From assembly GCA_964016885.1 (NCBI GenBank), contig OZ024745.1:8804001-8868000 (forward strand): a stretch of 64,000 nt of DNA. The letters are read 5' to 3'. Numbering within the stretch: position 1 is the stretch's first letter; every line of letters begins with the position of its first letter. Origin of the DNA: Eledone cirrhosa. Its lineage: Eukaryota. Below are positions 1 through 15,000 of this stretch, in pieces. Under the pieces are notes generated by a model. The model saw only the letters and a list, made by a program, of their open reading frames with translations, was not told where the DNA came from and made no database searches. The translations under genes were made by a program, and so were the position numbers.

Positions 1-3000
1 CTTCCTTGTCAATTGCCAGGACTAACACTAATGACTGGTCTGACAACATTGCTTCCATGTAAATAGCCAGGACTAACACTAATAACTGGTGTGACAACAT
101 TGCTTCCTTGTAAATAGCCAGGACTAACACTAATGACTGGTGTGACAACATTGCTTCCATGTAAATAGCCAGGACTAACACTAATGACTGGGGTGACAAC
201 ATTGCTTCCATGTAAATAGCCAGGACTAACACTAATGACTGGTGTAACAACATTGCTTCAATGTAAATAGCCAGGACTAACACTAATGACTGATGTGACA
301 ACATTGCTTCTATGTAAATAACCAGGACTAACACTAATGACTGGTGTGACAACATTGCTTCCATGTAAATAGCCAGGACTAACGCTAATGTCTGGTGTGA
401 CAATATTGCTTCTATGTAAATAGCCAGGACTAACACTAATGACTAGTGTGACAATATGGTTTCCTTGTAAATAGCCAGTACTAACACTAATGACTGGTGT
501 GACAATATTGCTTCCTTGTAAATAGCCAGGACTCTCACTAATGACTAGTGTGACAACATTGTTTCCTTGTAAATAGCCAGTACTAACACTAATGACTGGT
601 GTGACAATATTGCTTCCTTGTAAATAGCCAGGACTAACACTAATAACTGGTGTGACAACATTGCTTCCTTGTAAATAGCCAGGACTAACACTAATGACTG
701 GTGTACAACATTGCTTGCATGTAAATAGCCAGGACTAACGCTAATGTCTGGTGTGACAACATTGCATCTATGTAAATAGCCAGGACTAACACTAATGACT
801 AGTGTGACAACATTGTTTCCTTGTAAATAGCCAGTACTAACACTAATGACTGGTGTGACAATATTGCTTCCTTGGAAATAGCCAGGACTAACACTAATAA
901 CTGGTGTGACAACATTGCTTTCATGTTAATAGCTAGGACTAACACTAATGACTGGTGTACAACATTGCTTGCATGTAAATAGCCAGGACTAACACTAATG
1001 AATAGTGTGACAATATTGCTTCCTTGTAAATTGCCAGGACTAACATTAATGACTGGTCTGACAACATTGCTTCCATGTAAATAGCCAGGACTAACACTAA
1101 TGACTAGTGTGACAACATTGCTTCCTTGTAAATAGCCAGGACTAACACTAATGACTGGTGTGACAACATTGCTTCCATGCAAATAGCCAGGATCAACACT
1201 AATGACTGGTGTGACAACATTGCTTCTTTGTAAATAGTCAGGACTAAAACTAATGACTAGTGTGACAACATTGTTTCCATGTAAATAGCCAGGACTAACA
1301 CTAATGACTGGTGTGACAATAGTGGTCCCTTGTAAATAGCCAGGATCAACACTAATGACTGGTGTGACAACATTGCTTTCTTGTATATAGCCAGGACTAA
1401 CACTAAAGGCTAGTGTGACAACATCGCTTCCATGTAAATAGCCAGGACTAACACTAATGACTGGTGTGACAACATTGCTTCCATGCAAATAGCCAGGATC
1501 AACACTAATGACTGGTGTGACAACATTGCTTCCATGTATATAGCCAGGACTAACACTAACGACTGGTGTGACAACATTGCTTCCATGTAAATAGCCAGGA
1601 CTGACACTGATGACTGGTGTGACAACATTGCTTCCATGTAAATAGCCAGGACTAACACTAATGACTGGTGTGACAACATTGCTTCTATGTAAATAGCCAG
1701 GACTAACACTAATGTCTAGTGTGACAACATTGCTTCTATGGAAATAGCCAGGACTAACACTAATGACTGATGTGACAACATTGCTTCTATGTAAATAGCC
1801 AGGACTAACACTAATGACTGGTGTGACAACATTGCTTCCATGTAAATAGCCAGGACTAACGCTAATGACTGGTGCACAACATTGCTTGCATGTAAATAGC
1901 CAGGACTAACGCTAATGTCTGGTGTGACAACATTGCATCTATGTAAATAGCCAGGACTAACACTAATGACTAGTGTGACAACACTTTTTCCTTGTAAATA
2001 GCCAGTACTAACACTAATGACTGGTGTGACAATATTGCTTCCTTGTAAATAGCCAGGACTAACACTAATGACTAGTGTGACAACATTGTTTCCTTGTAAA
2101 TAGCCAGTACTAACACTAATGACTGGTGTGACGATATTGCTTCCTTGTAAATAGCCAGGACTAACACTAATAACTGGTGTGACAACATTGCTTCCTTGTA
2201 AATAGCCAGGACTAACACTAATGACTAGTGTGACAACATTGTTTCGTTGTAAATAGCCAGTACTAACACTAATGACTGGTGTGACAATATTGCTTCCTTG
2301 TAAATAGCCAGGACTAAAACTAATGACTAGTGTGACAACATTGTTTCCTTGTAAATAGCCAGAACTAACACTAATGACTGGTGTGACAATATTGCTTCTT
2401 TGTAAATAGCCAGGACTAACACTAATAACTGGTGTGACAACATTGCTTCCTTGTAAATAGCCAGGACTAACACTAATGACTGGTGTACAACATTGCTTGC
2501 ATGCAAATAGCCAGGACTAACGCTAATGTCTGGTGTGACAACATTGCATCTATGTAAATAGCCAGGACTATCACTAATGACTATTGTGACAACATTGTTT
2601 CCTTGTAAATAGCCAGTACTAACACTAATGACTGGTGTGACAATATTGGTTCCTTGGAAATAGCCAGGACTAACACTAATAACTGGTGTGACAACATTGC
2701 TTCCTTGTAAATAGCCAGGACTAACACTAATGACTGGTGTACAACATTGCTTGAATGTAAATAGCCAGGACTAACACTAATGAATAGTGTGACAATATTG
2801 CTTCCTTGTAAATTGCCAGGACTAACACTAATGACTGGTCTGACAACATTGCTTCCATGTAAATAGCCAGGACTAACACTAATGACTGGTGTGACAACAT
2901 TGCTTCCATGAAAATAGCCAGGACTAACACTAATGACTGGTGTGACAACATTGCTTCCATGTAAATAGCCACGACTAACACTAATGACTGGTGTGACAAC

Positions 3001-6000
3001 ATTGCTTCCATGTAAATAGCCAGGACTAACACTAATGACTAGTGTGACAACATTGCATCCTTGTAAATAGCCAGTACTAACACTAATGACTGGTGTGACA
3101 ACATTGCTTTCTTGTAAATAGCCAGGACTAACACTAATGGCTAGTGTGACAACCTTGCTTCCATGTAAATAGCCAGGACTAACACTAATGACTGGTGTGA
3201 CAACATTGCTTCCATGCAAATAGCCAGGATCAACACTAATGACTGGTGTGACAACATTGCTTCCTTGTAAATAGCCAGTACTAACACTAATAACTAGTGT
3301 GACAACATTGCTTCCTTGTAAATAGCCAGGACTAACACTAATGACTGGTGTGACAACATTGCTTCCATGCAAATAGCCAGGACTAACACTAATGACTGGT
3401 GTGACAACATTACTTCCTTGTAAATAACCAGGATCAACACTAATGACTGGTGTGACAACATTGCTTCTTTGTAAATAGCCTGGACTAAAACTAATGACTG
3501 GTGTGACAACATTGTTTCCTTGTAAATAGCCAGGATCAACACTAATGACTGGTGTGACAACATTGCTTTCTTGTATATAGCCAGGACTAACACTAATGGC
3601 TAGTGTGACAACCTTGCTTCCATGTAAATAGCCAGGACTAACACTAATGACTGGTGTGATAACATTGCTTCCATGTAAATAGACTGGACTAACACTACCG
3701 ACTGGTGTGACAACATTACTTCCATGTAAATAGCCAGGACTAACACTAATGACTGGTGTGACAACATTGCTTCCATGTAAATAGCCAGGACTAACACTAA
3801 TGACTGGTGTGACAATATTGCTTCTATGTAAATAGCCAGGACTAACACTAATGACTAGTGTGACAACATAGCTTCTATGTAAATAGTCAGGACTAACACT
3901 AATGACTGGTGTGACAACATTGCTTCCATGTAAATAGCCAGGATTAACGCGAATGTCTGGTGTGACAACATTGCTTCTATGTAAATAGCCAGGACTAACA
4001 CTAATGACTAGTGTGACAATATTGCTTCCTTGTAAATAGCCAGGACTAACACTAATGACTAGTTTGACAACATTGTTTCCTTGTAAATAGCCAGGACTAA
4101 CGCTAATGTCTGGTGTGACAACATTGCTTCTATGTAAAGAGCCAAGACTAACACTAATGACTAGTGTGACAACATTGTTTCCTTGTAAATAGCCAGGACT
4201 AACACTAATGACTAGTGTGACAACATTGCTTCCTTGTGAATAGCCAGGATTATCATTAATAACTGGTGTGACAACATTGGTTCCATGTAAATAGCCAGGA
4301 TCAACACTAATGACTGGTGTGACAACATTGCTTCCATGTATATAGCCAGGACTAACACTAACGACTGGTGTGACAACATTGCTTCCATGTAAATAGCCAG
4401 GACTAACACTAATGACTGGTGTGACAACATTGATTCCATGTAAATAGCCAGGACTAACACTAATGACTAGTGTGACAACATTGCTTTCATGTAAATAGCC
4501 AGGACTAACGCTAATGTCTGGTGTGACAACATTGCTTCTATGTAAATAGCCAGGACTAACACTAATGACTAGTGTGACAACATTGCTTTCATGTAAATAG
4601 CCAGTACTAACACTAATAACTGGTGTGACAACATTGCTTCTATGTAAATAGCCAGGACTAACACTAATGACTGATGTGATAATATTGCTTCTATGTAAAT
4701 AGCCAGGACTAACACTAATGACTGGTGTGACAACATTGCTTCCATGTAAATAGCCAGGACTAACGCTAATGTCTGGTGTGACAAAATTGCTTCTATGTAA
4801 ATAGCCAGGACTAACACTAATGACTAGTGTGACAACATTGTTTCCTTGTAAATAGCCAGTACTAACACTAATGACTGGTGTGACAATATTGCTTCCTCGT
4901 AAATAGCCAGGACTAACACTAATGACTAGTGTGACAACATTGTTTCCTTGTAAATAGCCAGTACTAACACTAATGACTGGTGTGACTATATTGCTTCCTT
5001 GTAAATAGCCAGGACTAACACTAATAACTGGTGTGACAACATTGCTTCCTTGTAAATAGCCAGGAGTAACACTAATGACTGGTGTACAACATTGCTTGCA
5101 TGTAAATAGCCAGGACTAACGCTAATGTCTGGTGTGACAATATTTGCATCTATGTAAATAGCCAGGACTAACACTAATGACTAGTGTGACAACATTGTTT
5201 CCATGTAAATAGCCAGTACTAACACTAATGACTGGTGTGACAATATTGCTTCCTTGGAAATAGCCAGGACTAACACTAATAACTGGTGTGACAACATTGC
5301 TTCCTTGTAAATAGCCAGGACTAACACTAATGACTGGTGTACAACATTGCTTGCATGTAAATAGCCAGGACTAACACTAATGAATAGTGTGACAATATTC
5401 CTTCCTTGTAAATTGCCAGGACTAACACTAATGACTGGTCTGACAACATTGCTTCCATGTAAATAGCCAGGACTAACACTAATGACTAGTGTGACAACAT
5501 TCCTTCCTTTTAAATAGCCAGGACTAACACTAATGACTGGTGTGACAACATTGCTTCCATGCAAATAGCCAGGATCAACACTAATGACTGGTGTGACAAC
5601 ATTGCTTCCTTGTAAATTGCCAGGACTAACACTAACGACTGGTGTGACAACATTGCTTCCATGTAAATAGCCAGGACTGACACTAATGACTGGTGTGACA
5701 ACATTGCTTCCTTGTAAATAGCCAGGACTAACACTAATGACTGGTGTGACAACATTGCTTCTATGTAAATAGCCAGGACTAACATTAATGACTAGTGTGA
5801 CAACATTGCTTCTATGTAAATAGCCAGGACTAACACTAATGACTGATGTGACAACATTGCTTCTATGTAAATAGCCAGGACTAACGCTAATGTCTGGTGT
5901 GACAACATTGCTTCTATGTAAATAGCCAGGACTAACACTAATGACTGGTGTACAACATTGCTTGCATGTAAATAGCCAGGACTAACGCTAATGTCTGGTG

Positions 6001-9000
6001 TGACAACATTGCATCTATGTAAATAGCCAGGACTAACACTAATGACTAGTGTGACAACATTGTTTCCTTGTAAATAGCCAGTACTAACACTAATGACTGG
6101 TGTGACAATATTGCTTCCTTGTAAATAGCCAGGACTAAAACTAATGACTAGTGTGACAACATTGTTTCCTTGTAAATAGCCAGTACTAACACTAATAACT
6201 GGTGTACAACATTGCTTCCTTGTAAATAGCCAGGACTAACACTAATGACTGGTGTACAACATTGCTTGCATGTACATAGCCAGGACTAACGCTAATGTCT
6301 GGTGTGACAACCTTGCATCTATGTAAATAGCCAGGACTAACACTAATGACTAGTGTGACAATATTGCTTCCTTGTAAATAGCCAGGACTAACACTAATAA
6401 CTGGTGTGACAACATTGCTTCCTTGTAAATAGCCAGGACTAACACTAATGACTGGTGTACAACATAGCTTGCATGTAAATAGCCAGGATTAACACTAATG
6501 AATAGTGTGACAATATTGCTTCCTTGTAAATTGCCAGGACTAACACTAATGACTGGTCTGACAACATTGCTTCCATGTAAATAGCCAGGACTAACACTAA
6601 TGACTGGTGTGACAACATTGCTTCCATGTAAATAGCCAGGACTAACACTAATGACTCGTGTGACAACATTGCTTCCATGTAAATAGCCAGGACTAACACT
6701 AATGACTAGTGTGACAACATTGCTTCTATGTAAATAGCCTGGACTAACACTAATGACTGGTGTGACAACATTGTTTCCTTGTAAATAGCCAGTACTAACA
6801 CTAATGACTGGTGTGACAATATTGCTTCCTTGTAAATAGCCAGGACTAACACTAATAACTGGTGTGACAACATTGCTTCCTTGTAAATAGCCAGGACTAA
6901 CGCTAATGTCTGGTGTGACAACATTGCTTCTATGTAAATAGCCAGGACTAACACTAATGACTAGTGTGACAACATTGTTTCCTTGTAAATAGCCAGTACT
7001 AACACTAATGACTGGTGTGACAATATTGCTTCCTTGTAAATAGCCAGGACTAACACTAATGACTAGTTTGACAACATTGTTTCCTTGTAAATAGCCAGTA
7101 CTAACACTAATGACTGTTGTGACAATATTGCTTCCTTGTAAATAGCCAGGACTAACACTAATAACTGGTGTGACAACATTGCTTCCTTGTAAATAGCCTG
7201 GACTAACACTAATGACTGGTGTACAACATTGCTTGCATGTAAATAGCCAGGACTAACGCTAATGTCTTGTGTGACAACATTGCTTCTATGTAAATAGCCA
7301 GGACTAACACTAATGACTAGTGTGACAACATTGTTTCCTTGTAAATAGCCAGTACTAACACTAATGACTGGTGTGACAATATTGCTTCCTTGTAACTAGC
7401 CAGGACTAACACTAATGACTAGTGTGACAACATTGTTTCCTTGTAAATAGCCAGTACTAACACTAATGAGTGGTGTGACAATATTGCTTCCTTGTAAATA
7501 GCCAGGACTAACACTAATAACTGGTGTGACAACATTGCTTCCTTGTAAATAGCCAGGACTAACACTAATGACTGGTGTACAACATTGCTTGCATGTAAAT
7601 AGCCAGGACTAACGCTAATGTCTGGTGTGACAACATTGCTTCTATGTAAATAGCCAGGACTAACACTAATGACTAGTGTGACAACATTGTTTCCTTGTAA
7701 ATAGCCAGTACTAACACTAATGACTGCTGTGACAATATTGCTTCCTTGGAAATAGCCATGACTAACACTAATAACTGGTGTGACAACATTGCTTCCTTGT
7801 AAATAGCCAGGACTAACACTAATGACTGGTGTACAACATTGCTTGCATGTAAATAGCCAGGACTAACACTAATGACTAGTGTGACAACATTGCTTCCTTG
7901 TAAATAGCCAGGATTATCATTAATGACTAGTGTGACAACATTACTTCCATGTAAATAGACAGGACTAACACTAATGACTAGTGTGACAACATTGATTCCA
8001 TGTAAATAGCCAGGATTAACACTAATGACTGGTGTGACAACATTGCTTCTTTGTAAATAGCCAGGAGTAAAACTAATGACTGGTGTGACAACAGTGGTAG
8101 CTTGTAAATAGCCAGGACTAACACTAATGACTGGTGTGACAACATTGCTTCTTTGTAAATAGCCAGGACTAAAACTAATGACTAGTGTGACAACATTGCT
8201 TCCTTGTAAATAGCCAGGACTAACACTAACGACTGGTGTGACAACATTGCTTCCATGCAAATAGCCAGGACTAACACTAATGAATAGTGTGACAATATTG
8301 CTTCCTTGTAAATTGCCAGGACTAACACCAATGACTGTTCTGACAACATTGCTTCCATGTAAATAGCCAGGACTAACACTAATGACTGGTGTGACAACAT
8401 TGCTTCCATATAAATAGCCAAGACTAACACTAATGCCTGGTGTGACAACATTGCTTCCATGTAAATAGCCAGGACTAACACTAATGACTGGTGTGACAAC
8501 ATTGCTTCCATGTAAATAGCCAGGGCTAACACTTATGACTGGTGTGACAATATTGCTTCCTTGTAAATAGCCAGGACCAACACTAATGACTAGTGTGACA
8601 ACATTGTTTCCTTGTAATTAGCCAGTACTAACACTAATGACTGGTGTGACAATATTGCTTCCTTGTAAATAGCCAGGACTAACACTAATAACTGGTGTGA
8701 CAACATTGCTTCCTTGTAAATAGCCAAGACTAACACTAATGACTGGTGTACAACATTGCTTGCATGTAAATAGCCAGGACTAACGCTAATGTCTGGTGTG
8801 ACAAAATTGCTTCTATGTAAATAGCCAGGACTAACACTAATGACTAGTGTGACAATATTGTTTCCTTGTAAATAGCCAGTACTAACACTAATGAATGGTG
8901 TGACAATATTGCTTCCTTGGAAATAGCCAGGACTAACACTAATAACTGGTTTGACAACATTGCTTCCTTGTAAATAGCCAGGACTAACACTAATGACTAG

Positions 9001-12000
9001 TGTGACAACATTGCTTCCTTATAAATAGCCAGGACTAACACTAATGACTAGTGTGACAACATTGCTTCCTTGTAAACAACCAGGACTAACACTAATGACA
9101 AGTGTGACAACATTGCTTCCATGTAAATAGCCAGGACTAACACTAATGACTGGTGTGACAACAGTGGTTCCTTGTAGATAGCCAGGATCAACACTAATGA
9201 CTGGTGTGACAACATTGCTTCCTTGTAAATAGCCAGGACTAACACTAATGAATGGTGTGACAACATTGCTTCCTTGTAAATAGCCAGGACTAATACTAAT
9301 GACTGGTGTGACAACATTGCTTTCATGTAAATAGCCAGGACTAACACTAATGACTGGTGTGACAACATTGCTTCCATGCAAATAGCCAGGATCAACACTA
9401 ATGACTGGTGTGACAACATTGCTTCTTTGTAAATAGCCTGGACTAAAACTAATGACTGGTGTGACAAAATTTCTTCGATGTAAATAGTCAGGACTAACAC
9501 TAATGACTAGTGTGACAACATTGCTTTCTTGTAAACAGCCAGGACTAACACTAATGACTAGTGTGACAACATTGTTTCCTTGTAAATAGCCAGGACTAAC
9601 ACTAATGACTGGTGTGACAACATTGCTTCCATGTAAATAGCCAGGACTAACACTAATGACTGGTGTGACAACATTTCTTCCATGAAAATAGCCAGGACTA
9701 ACACTAATGACTGGTGTGACAACATTGCTTCCATGTAAATAGCCAGGACTAACACTAACGACTAGTGTGACCACATTGCGTCCATGTAAATAGCCAGGAA
9801 TAACACTAATGACTGGTGTGACAACACTGCTTCCATGTAAATAGCCAGGACTAACGCTAATGTCTGGTGATACATCATTGCTTCTATGTAAATAGCCAGG
9901 ACTAACACTAATGACTGGTGTGACAACATTGTTTCCTTGTAAATAGCCAGTACTAACACTAATGACTGGTGTGACAATATTGCTTCCTTGGAAATAGCCA
10001 GGACTAACACTAGTAACTGGTGTGACAACATTGCTTTCTAGTAAATAGCCAGCACTAACACTAATGAGTGGTGTGACAACATTGCTTCCATGTAAATAGC
10101 CAGGAGTAACACTAATGACTGGTGTGACAACATTGCTTCCATGTAAATAGACAGGACTAACACTAATGACTAGTGTGACAACATTGCTTCCTTGTAAATA
10201 GCCAGGACTAACACTAATGACTAGTGTGACAACATTGCTTCCATGTAAATAGCCAGGTCTAACACTAATGACTGGTGTGACAACATTGCTTCCTTGTAAA
10301 TATCCAGGACTAACACTAATGACTAGTGGGACAACATTGATTCCATGTAAATAGCCAGGACTAACACTAATAACTGGTGTGACAACATTGCTTCCTTGTA
10401 AATAGCCAAGACTAACACTAATGACTGGTGTACAACATTGCTTGCATGTAAATAGCCAGGACTAACGCTAATGTCTGGTGTGACAAAATTGCTTCTATGT
10501 AAATAGCCAGGACTAACACTAATGACTAGTGTGACAACATTGTTTCCTTGTAAATAGCCAGTACTAACACTAATGACTGGTGTGACAATACTGCTTCCTT
10601 GGAAATAGCCAGGACTAACACTAATAACTGGTGTGACAACATTGCTTCCTTGTAAACAACCAGGACTAACACTAATGACAAGTGTGACAACATTGCCTCC
10701 ATGTAAATAGCCAGGACTAACACTAATGACTGGTGTGACAACAGTGGTTCCTTGTAGATAGCCAGGATCAACACTAATGACTGGTGTGACAACATTGCTT
10801 CCTTGTAAATAGCCAGGACTAACACTAATGACTAGTGTGACAACATTGCTTCCTTGTAAATAGCCAGGACTAATACTAATGACTGGTGTGACAACATTGC
10901 TTTCATGTAAATAGCCAGGACTAACACTAATGACTGGTGTGACAACATTGCTTCCATGCAAATAGTCAGGATCAACACTAATGACTGGTGTGACAACATT
11001 GCTTCTTTGTAAATAGCCTGGACTAAAACTAATGACTGGTGTGACAAAATTTCTTCGATGTAAATAGTCAGGACTAACACTAATGACTAGTGTGACAACA
11101 TTACTTTCTTGTAAACAGCCAGGACTAACACTAATGACTAGTGTGACAACATTGTTTCCTTGTAAATAGCCAGGACTAACACTAATGACTGGTGTGTCAA
11201 CCTTGCTTCCTTGTAAATAGCCAGGACTAACACTAATGACTAGTGTGACAACATTGATTCCATGTAAATAGCCAGGACTAACACTAATGACTGGTGTGAC
11301 AACATTGCTTCCATGTAAATAGCCAGGACTAAAACTAATGACTGGTGTGACAACAGTGGTTACTTGTAAATAGCCAGGATCAACACTAATGACTGGTGTG
11401 ACAACATTGCTTCCATGTAAATAGCCAGGACTAACACTAATGACTAGTGTGACAACATAGCTTCCATGTAAATAGCCAGGACTAACACTAATGACTGGTG
11501 TGACAACAGTGGTTCCTTGTAAATAGCCAGGATCAACACTAATGACTGGTGTGACAACATTGTTTCCTTGTAAATAGCCAGGACTAACACTAATGACTGG
11601 TGTGACAAAATTGCTTCCATGCAAATAGCCAGGATCAACACTAATGGCTGGTGTGACAACATTGCTTCCATGTAAATAGCCAGGACTAACACTAATGAGT
11701 GGTGTGACAACATTGCTTCCATGTAAATAGCCAGGACTAACACTAATGACTGGTGTGACAACATTGCTTCCATGTAAATAGACAGGACTAACACTAATGA
11801 CTGGTGTGACAACATTTCTTCCATGAAAATAGCCAGGACTAACACTAATGACTAGTGTGACAACATTGCTTCCATGTAAATAGCCAGGTCTAACACTAGT
11901 GACTGGTGTGACAACATTGCTTCCATGTAAATAGCCAGGACTAACACTAACGACTAGTGTGACCACATTGCGTCCATGTAAATAGCCAGGACTAACACTA

Positions 12001-15000
12001 ATGACTGGTGTGACAACATTGCTTCCATGTAAATAGCCAGGACTAACGCTAATGTCTGGTGATACATCATTGCTTCTATGTAAATAGCCAGGACTAACAC
12101 TAATGACTGGTGTGACAACATTGTTTCCTTGTAAATAGCCAGTACTAACACTAATGACTGGTGTGACAATATTGCTTCCTTGGAAATAGCCAGGACTATC
12201 ACTAATAACTGGTGTGACAACATTGCTTTCTAGTAAATAGCCAGGACTAACACTAATGACTGGTGTACAACATTGCTTGCATGTAAATAGCCAGGACTAA
12301 CACTAATAAATAGTGTGACAACATTGCTTCCATGTAAATAGCCAGGACTAAAACTAATGACTGGTGTGACAACATTGCTTCCATGTAAATAGCCAGGACT
12401 AACACTAATGACTGGTGTGACAACATTGCTTCCATGTAAATAGCCAGGACTAATACTAGTGACTGGTGTGACAACATTGCTTCCATGTAAATAGCCAGGA
12501 CTAACACTAACGTCTGGTGTGACAACATTGCTTCCATCTAAATAGCCAGGACTAACACTAATGAGTGGTGTGACAACATTGTTTCTTTGTAAATACCCAG
12601 GACTAACACTAATGACTAGTGTGACAACATTGCTTCCTTGTAAACAGCCAGGACTAACACTAATGACTAGTGTGACAACATTGTTTCCTTGTAAATAGCC
12701 AGGACTAACACTAATGACTGGTGTGACAAAATTGCTTCCATGCAAATAGCCAGGATCAACACTAATGACTGGTGTGACAACATTGCTTCCATGTAAATAG
12801 CCAGGACTAACACTAATGAGTGGTGTGACAACATTGCTTCCATGTAAATAGCCAGGAGTAACACTAATGACTGGTGTGACAACATTGCTTCCATGTAAAT
12901 AGACAGGACTAACACTAATGACTAGTGTGACAACATTGCTTCCTTGTAAATAGCCAGGACTAACACTAATGACTAGTGTGACAACATTGCTTCCATGTAA
13001 ATAGCCAGGTCTAACACTAATGACTGGTGTGACAACATTGCTTCCTTGTAAATAGCCAGGACTAACACTAATGACTAGTGTGACAACATTGATTCCATGT
13101 AAATAGCCAGGACTAACACTAATAACTGGTGTGACAACATTGCTTCCTTGTAAATAGCCAAGACTAACACTAATGACTGGTGTACAACATTGCTTGCATG
13201 TAAATAGCCAGGACTCTACGCTAATGTCTGGTGTGACAAAATTGCTTCTATGTAAATAGCCAGGACTAACACTAATGACTAGTGTGACAACATTGTTTCC
13301 TTGTAAATAGCCAGTACTAACACTAATGACTGGTGTGACAATATTTCTTCCTTGGAAATAGCTAGGACTAACACTAATAACTGGTGTGACAACATTGCTT
13401 CCTTGTAAATAGCCAGGACTAACACTAATGACTAGTGTGACAACATTGCTTCCTTGTAAATAGCCAGGACTAACACTAATGACAAGTGTGACAACATTGC
13501 TTCCATGTAAATAGCCAGGACTAACACTAATGACTGGTGTGACAACAGTGGTTCCTTGTAGATAGCCAGGATCAACACTAATGACTGGTGTGACAACATT
13601 GCTTCCTTGTAAATAGCCTGGACTAAAACTAATGACTAGTGTGACAACATTGCTTCCTTATAAATAGCCAGGACTAACACTAATGACTAGTGTGACAACA
13701 TTGCTTCCTTGTAAATAGCCAGAACTAATACTAATGACTGGTGTGACAACATTGCTTTCATGTAAATAGCCAGGACTAACACTAATGACTGGTGTGACAA
13801 CATTGCTTCCATGCAAATAGCCAGGATCAACACTAATGACTGGTGTGACAACATTGCTTCTTTGTAAATAGCCTGGACTAAAACTAATGACTGGTGTGAC
13901 AAAATTTCTTCGATGTAAATAGTCAGGACTAATACTAATGACTAGTGTGACAACATTGCTTTCTTGTAAACAGCCAGGACTAACACTAATGACTAGTGTG
14001 ACAACATTGTTTCCTTGTAAATAGCCAGGACTAACACTAATGACTGGTGTGACAACATTGCTTCCATGTAAGTAGCCAGGACTAACACTAATGACTGGTG
14101 TGACAACATTTCTTCCATGAAAATAGCCAGGACTAACACTAATGACTAGTGTGACAACATTGCTTCCATGTAAATAGCCACGTCTAACACTAATGACTGG
14201 TGTGACAACATTGCTTCCATGTAAATAGCCAGGACTAACACTAACGACTAGTGTGACCACATTGCGTCCATGTAAATAGCCAGGACTAACACTAATGACT
14301 GGTGTGACAACATTGCTTCCATGTAAATAGCCAGGTCTAACGCTAATGTCTGGTGATACATCATTGCTTCTATGTAAATAGCCAGGACTAACACTAATGA
14401 CTGGTGTGACAACATTGTTTCCTTGTAAATAGCCAGTACTAACACTAATGACTGGTGTGACAATATTGCTTCCTTGGAAATAGCCAGGACTAACACTAAT
14501 AACTGGTGTGACAACATTGCTTTCTAGTAAATAGCCAGGACTAACACTAATGACTGGTGTACAACATTGCTTGCATGTAAATAGCCAGGACTAACACTAA
14601 TGAATAGTGTGACAACATTGCTTCCATGTAAATAGCCAGGACTAAAACTAATGACTGGTGTGACAACATTGCTTCCATGTAAATAGCCAGGACTAACACT
14701 AATGACTGGTGTGACAACATTGCTTCCATGTAAATAGCCAGGACTAATACTAGTGACTGGTGTGACAACATTGCTTCCATGTAAATAGCCAGGACTAACA
14801 CTAACGTCTGGTGTGACAACATTGTTTCCATCTAAATAGCCAGGACTAACACTAATGAGTGGTGTGACAACATTGTTTCTTTGTAAATAGCCAGGACTAA
14901 CACTAATGACTAGTGTGACAACATTGCTTCCTTGTAAACAGCCAGGACTAACACGAATGACTAGTGTGACAACATTGTTTCCTTGTAAATAGCCAGGACT